This document shows, piece after piece, positions 34,313 to 38,913 of a stretch of 38,913 nucleotides of DNA. Origin of the DNA: a virus (taxonomy: Duplodnaviria > Caudoviricetes). Under the pieces are notes generated by a model. The model saw only the letters and a program-made list of their open reading frames with translations, was not told where the DNA came from and ran no database searches. Where the stretch lies: IMG/VR virus record IMGVR_UViG_3300020470_000060, positions 1 to 38,913 of that record; one strand, written 5' to 3'. Within the stretch, counting starts at the first letter, position 1; every line of letters starts with the position of its first letter. Both the position numbers and the translations under genes were made by a program.

Positions 34313-37300
34313 GTTGTAATCTCATCAATTGTTATTCTAAACCTCACTCTATCTAGCTTATGCTGACAGAGTAACCAAACGTTAGAGTCTCTGTTGTGTG
34401 ACTCTTGATAGAATGCTTCCCTAGGTGTGAACTCCTCTGGATTATTCTCCCCTCGTACCAATAACTCTAACCTATCAGGGAAAGAATAGTTGGGGTCATC
34501 CTTGGGGAAGTAAGGAGTGGAACCAGGTAATGCTTGATAGTTATTTGGTTGGTATGGTGGCCATACTAACTCAAATTGGTCTCCTTGTCTATAGTTAGTA
34601 CCAGCATTAACCAAACCAAATATTTCTATAGCACAACCCCACTTATCTCTAGCATTATTATCACCCTCGTCAGCATAGGGCCAGAATGCCATACGTACCT
34701 TACCTGATGGTGGGTTAAGAGTTTTCCACGTACCATCTAATACACTACCCAAGAGATAGTCATGGAAGAATGCCATCTTACTATAGGATCCTACGTAAGG
34801 AGACCCACTAACACCACCGTTCCATGCCTGTATACCTGCTGAATACACAGCATCTATATCATCAATAGCAGTCTGTGGATTACCTGCCTTAGATAACTGT
34901 TTGTTAATGAACCAAGAAGTATAACCGTCACCTATAGAATGGTGTACCCAGTCAGTCATATTACCAAGGTCACTGTTGTTCCTTACATTAGGTTCAGCAG
35001 CCTTCATAATCAGACCACGTGAGTGTCCAAATAGTTTATCGTACTGAATACCACCAGTAGTAGTATTACCATCACCATTGATACGTGTAGTAAGTACGTG
35101 TCCATTACGATCAGTCGTACCATTCTCATAGTATGGAGCAGGACATGGATTTAAACCAGAACAGTTCCAAGTGTTACCACTGAAGTATACATTAGACCAG
35201 TCTGCTGTCTGACCATTAGCATTATTAGTATTCAGTTGACCGTTGTCCCAACAAGCAACAGATGTAGACCACTCATTCCTCTCATGATCCCACACCTCAA
35301 CAGACATCTTCTTAATAGACCCACCACCATAAGGGTTACTAGCATATGCTTCAGAACGACCAGCAATATTCTCATCAGCAGATATAGTACCCAATCTAGC
35401 AGACCATGACCCACTAAACTCAGAGTTATTTGCTAGGAATATAAAGTTAACAGATGCATTACCAAAGTAAGGACCAGAATCAATTGATTCCAACCTAAAG
35501 GTTACAGTATCATCCTTAGTTACAGTGAATGCATTACCTAAATTATTACCAACAAAGGGGAAGGTTGCTAACTCATAGGTCTCATCGACTACGTTAACAC
35601 CATTCTTCTTAACAAGGAACCTGAAGACCATACACTCTTGTTCAGGTGCTGAAATAATACAACCAAATGATTTCAGTTGTAGAGTAGCAGTCTTCAGAAC
35701 GTTCAGTGTCTGCTCTCTGTTCTGATCATTTACATAGTCACCAGTACATGTACCACATCCCATGATGGAACTCTCTGCAGTCCATGTAGTAGGTGGTGCT
35801 AGAGGACCACACTCTGATCTAGTCAGTAATATATCATCAAAGATACCATCAAATATATTAGTAGAACAACCATCCTTCTCAACTATATCAATCATTATCT
35901 TTTCAGGTGCAGGATCCTTAAAGACATAGCACTGCACACCTTCATAATAATATGCACCACCTGGTGCTAGTACCTCATAGTGTACCTTAAAGTCATCGTA
36001 ATCGTCATCACCAGCAAGTAAGTCTTCCCACCACTGCCAGTTGTTACCTACCCACTTAGTCTTATTTCTATTACCTGGATTCATCTGAGGGTCAGAGAAG
36101 AATACCCAATCACTCTGAGCACTACCTCCTGTCCTCTTCCATCCATCACCAGACACATAGAAACTAGGTGAATCATTATTAGTTACACCATAGTCATGTC
36201 CATCAGGTATGAGATAGAATCCCATCTCCTTACCAGCATGTGTCTTAAGGACAGACAATGGAACCTCAAACTGTTTAAACTCACTGTTCTGATTGACATT
36301 AGACTCTATAGTCTTAGTCCAATAGATCTCAGTACATTCTTTATTGTGTATAACAACACCCCATGAGTTCTTATATGAAGCAGCAGGCTTCATCATCTTA
36401 TAAGCAACGATGTATGAAGTCTTAGGGTTAGTAGGTAATGTATATGTCTGACGTGTTCCATACTTAGGTGGAGTCTCAGTACCCATAGACTGTATGGAAT
36501 ACATGTGGTCATTATATGCACTGTTACTAATAGAATTAGCAAAGTACCTATGCAGTTCCACTACCTGTTCATCCTCACCTAGGTATGCGATGGCATCCTC
36601 TTTATTCTTAAAGGCATACCCTAGTATTTCACCCTGTGTCATACCAGCAGCATCCATAGTCGCTCTCTCACCAGCACCCTCGGTGTCTGGAGCACCTGGA
36701 TTAGTCGTAAGCATAGTATCTACAGTTGTAGGACTATAGAACTTATAGAGAGGCACTGTACCTCTCTCAGGGTACTGTAAAATATAGAAAGCAGGTTCAG
36801 TATGAACACGATCATACCCTGCAGGTGCTACTGTCTCTCTACCATAAGCATGATCCTGTCCTGAACCAGCACCGTCTACAACAGTAACCTTTACATATAC
36901 TGTACCCTTACCAGCATTCCATGAGTGTTCCCATGTAGTACCGATAGCAGGCATGGTTCCTGACCATGACTCAACCCACCAACTACTATCATACTCACCA
37001 CCATCATCTATAGGTGTGACCTTGACAGTAACAGTTAATCCATTAGCAGTGAAGGTTTGTGTCTGTGTAGCAGTACTATTAAAGACTCGGTTACCACCCT
37101 CACATCTTACCTTTCTCTCATTCCATGTGCCATCTGCTCTAGTAGTAACAAACCTACGGTTATGGAATCCCCTACCGAAAGGCATGATCTGTATGTTACC
37201 TACTGGAGTACCTTTTCTATACTCATAGATGGGCATACGATCAGGGAAGCAGTTCTTAATACAAATCTTACCTGTTGTAGAGTTCTGACCTCTAAAGTAA

Positions 37301-38076
37301 TGTGTCTCACAGTTAGCAGTAGGTGGCTTCCACGTACCAGTAACATATGGTTTAAAGAGACACTCGATAGCATCCTTTACACAATCACCCCAGTCAGGGT
37401 TTAATGGATGCTGTTCATTGTCACATATTAATTCTTCACCCTTACGTACTGCATCAGTACCAGTTCCATAGTCTCTGAGCACAACCCAGACAAACTTCTT
37501 ACCTTCTGGTGGTTCCTTTGCACCTTGGTTCCAATCCTCATGCTTACGTGCAGCAGGTGGATCCATGCTTAACAATGGTGCTAGACGCTTACAATCGGCA
37601 CCCTTTCCCCACCATGGAGGTAGATCAGGTGGTGGACTAGGTGGTGTAATTATAATAGGGAAGTCACCACAAAAAGATGGTATATCTAGACCCATATCTG
37701 CCCAAGGTACAAGGCTACAGAAGTCAGGTATATCAATAACAGGTGGTGGAGGACCATCTGGTGGTGGACCAGGTGGATCAGGTATTATAGGTGGATAACA
37801 CCTTGCTACGATAGTCCTTATAGTTTCACCAGGATCTATGGTAGGTGGAGGTGTCTGTTCTCCCTGTCTATAAGGAGGTATATCTGTTGATGGTGTTAGA
37901 GGTAGTGCAGGACCATAACATGTACCAACTATAGTTCTAATCTCTGCACCAGGCTGCGTGACAGGTACTGGTGGAGGTGTACCCTGAGTTTGAGCAGGGT
38001 TCTGACCAGGTATTGATCCGTCTGGTAAAAGAGGAATCGGACCAGAACTATAACATGTATGACCTAAACTAGACAC
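34309..38076 (-). CDS. Large multidomain, probably virion-associated protein (Pro-rich N-terminus, DUF5648-like and DUF4114-like segments); GTG start
   Basis: 1255 aa. PLYKFY...D.MLT and ELHRYF...DHMYS repeats, WEDLLAGDDDYDDF acidic motif, many Cys; TAGTG coupling to the upstream gene. Confidence 0.75.
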   Translation of the reverse strand: MSSLGHTCYSSGPIPLLPDGSIPGQNPAQTQGTPPPVPVTQPGAEIRTIVGTCYGPALPLTPSTDIPPYRQGEQTPPPTIDPGETIRTIVARCYPPIIPDPPGPPPDGPPPPVIDIPDFCSLVPWADMGLDIPSFCGDFPIIITPPSPPPDLPPWWGKGADCKRLAPLLSMDPPAARKHEDWNQGAKEPPEGKKFVWVVLRDYGTGTDAVRKGEELICDNEQHPLNPDWGDCVKDAIECLFKPYVTGTWKPPTANCETHYFRGQNSTTGKICIKNCFPDRMPIYEYRKGTPVGNIQIMPFGRGFHNRRFVTTRADGTWNERKVRCEGGNRVFNSTATQTQTFTANGLTVTVKVTPIDDGGEYDSSWWVESWSGTMPAIGTTWEHSWNAGKGTVYVKVTVVDGAGSGQDHAYGRETVAPAGYDRVHTEPAFYILQYPERGTVPLYKFYSPTTVDTMLTTNPGAPDTEGAGERATMDAAGMTQGEILGYAFKNKEDAIAYLGEDEQVVELHRYFANSISNSAYNDHMYSIQSMGTETPPKYGTRQTYTLPTNPKTSYIVAYKMMKPAASYKNSWGVVIHNKECTEIYWTKTIESNVNQNSEFKQFEVPLSVLKTHAGKEMGFYLIPDGHDYGVTNNDSPSFYVSGDGWKRTGGSAQSDWVFFSDPQMNPGNRNKTKWVGNNWQWWEDLLAGDDDYDDFKVHYEVLAPGGAYYYEGVQCYVFKDPAPEKIMIDIVEKDGCSTNIFDGIFDDILLTRSECGPLAPPTTWTAESSIMGCGTCTGDYVNDQNREQTLNVLKTATLQLKSFGCIISAPEQECMVFRFLVKKNGVNVVDETYELATFPFVGNNLGNAFTVTKDDTVTFRLESIDSGPYFGNASVNFIFLANNSEFSGSWSARLGTISADENIAGRSEAYASNPYGGGSIKKMSVEVWDHERNEWSTSVACWDNGQLNTNNANGQTADWSNVYFSGNTWNCSGLNPCPAPYYENGTTDRNGHVLTTRINGDGNTTTGGIQYDKLFGHSRGLIMKAAEPNVRNNSDLGNMTDWVHHSIGDGYTSWFINKQLSKAGNPQTAIDDIDAVYSAGIQAWNGGVSGSPYVGSYSKMAFFHDYLLGSVLDGTWKTLNPPSGKVRMAFWPYADEGDNNARDKWGCAIEIFGLVNAGTNYRQGDQFELVWPPYQPNNYQALPGSTPYFPKDDPNYSFPDRLELLVRGENNPEEFTPREAFYQESHNRDSNVWLLCQHKLDRVRFRITIDEITT

Positions 38077-38588
38077 TATTTGTGTGCTCTAAATTGTACT
38101 GTGAATCGTGGTGCTTGAGCATATGGTGACACTGGGGTTACCATATGATACTCACTCTGATTATTTAGGACACACGTCCGAGCCTTAGGTAGTAAAGCAT
38201 GCCCTACAGCATCCTCTGGTGCTCCCTTGTCTATCCACACATATAACCCACCCCATTGAGGATACCACTCATCATTGAGGTAGATAGTACCACCAAACTT
38301 ATAGTTGTTGTCATTATGCATGGCAATACCAGAGTTTGCTTGCCAAATATAAAAGGAACACTTCAGTTCATCATAGGGAGGTAAGTGTTCCTTTATTTCT
38401 TCTTCTAACATCTCACACAATGCATCAGGCATAGGTGTAGTCAATGTACTACCCTGAATACCCTGCTTGATGGAATCACACCAGTCTACTGCACTAGACA
38501 ACCAAACCTGATGACCTGCTAAGGATCTGATCTCAGTATTTAATGCACCATGTAATTCCTGAGAGATACAGTCTCTAATTACTTTCAT
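38076..38588 (-). CDS. 2OG-Fe(II) oxygenase, prolyl-hydroxylase-like
   Basis: MHND (HxD), TIYLNDEW...WGGL, HMVTPV, R.TVQ. Confidence 0.88.
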   Translation of the reverse strand: MKVIRDCISQELHGALNTEIRSLAGHQVWLSSAVDWCDSIKQGIQGSTLTTPMPDALCEMLEEEIKEHLPPYDELKCSFYIWQANSGIAMHNDNNYKFGGTIYLNDEWYPQWGGLYVWIDKGAPEDAVGHALLPKARTCVLNNQSEYHMVTPVSPYAQAPRFTVQFRAHK

Positions 38589-38746
38589 TTGGATCTATTG
38601 ATCAATGTAATAAATTTATCTGCTGCAAATGTACCAGCAAGACAGACATCTATTTCATCTCCATCTTTCCAGTTCTCAGTACCATCCTTCTTGGTGTGTG
38701 CTAATGCTTCAGTGAGATCATCAATAATCTTTTGAGTAATCTTCAT
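38585..38746 (-). CDS. Small hypothetical protein (53 aa)
   Basis: Translated by hand: MKITQKIIDDLTEALAHTKKDGTENWKDGDEIDVCLAGTFAADKFITLINRSK; ATGA overlaps at both ends. Confidence 0.75.
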   Translation of the reverse strand: MKITQKIIDDLTEALAHTKKDGTENWKDGDEIDVCLAGTFAADKFITLINRSK

Positions 38747-38913
38747 GCGAACTGCCTCAGTTGTAATAGTATTTTCTTATATGCTTCTACAATGTCTCCT
38801 TCATCTTTACGAAAAAGATCTTTATCGAATCTCTCTTTCGTGTCTTTTTTCCAGAGTCGCATGTTGTCAGGTGATAGTTCATCAGCCAGGAATAAATCGC
38901 CGTGAGCATCGTA
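38743..38913 (-). CDS. purC: SAICAR synthetase, C-terminal fragment (5' end outside the window)
   Basis: Translated by hand: YDAHGDLFLADELSPDNMRLWKKDTKERFDKDLFRKDEGDIVEAYKKIL; matches the PurC LADExSPDxxRLW / DKDxFR motifs. Confidence 0.88.
   Translation of the reverse strand, partial: YDAHGDLFLADELSPDNMRLWKKDTKERFDKDLFRKDEGDIVEAYKKILLQLRQFA

Noticed and set aside
1057-37798. Many short plus-strand ORFs (e.g. 2486..2851, 7240..7695, 12098..12472, 17279..17851)
   Set aside because: They are antisense shadows of well-supported minus-strand genes, expected from codon bias, with no motifs or RBS

Overview
This 38.9-kb window comes from a T4-like marine cyanophage (Kyanoviridae-type myovirus; a Prochlorococcus or Synechococcus host is inferred from cp12, cpeT, phoH and the DUF1825/OMP-type genes). 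Almost everything is on the minus strand; only gp48 and gp53 are on plus. From left to right: (1) a late tail-fibre/virion structural block (1-8612); (2) a cluster of seven small genes, including a Phd/YefM-like and two HicB/YegP-like proteins; (3) the baseplate/tail module: gp5, an inserted cp12-2OG oxygenase-cpeT cassette with its own consensus promoter, a gp27-like hub, two paralogous tape-measure-like genes, gp51/gp26, gp54-like, gp2, gp4, gp48 and gp53; (4) a replication/metabolism block: gp32, gp33, exonuclease, phoH, thyX and glutaredoxin; (5) a small outer-membrane-protein gene under a structured manA-like leader RNA; (6) a 1255-aa Pro-rich protein coupled to a prolyl-hydroxylase-like gene, and the 3' end of purC. 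The most notable signal is a canonical T TTT TTC -1 slippery site at the end of 'gp26'. It would fuse gp26 in frame to 'gp51' directly upstream of the tape-measure genes, the lambda G/GT tail-chaperone architecture. Other leads are a possible orphan antitoxin-mimic cluster, face-to-face late promoters buried in gp4 and gp48, and five 2OG-Fe(II) oxygenases. No tRNA, CRISPR array or mobile element was seen. All family calls come from motif recognition, without database searches.
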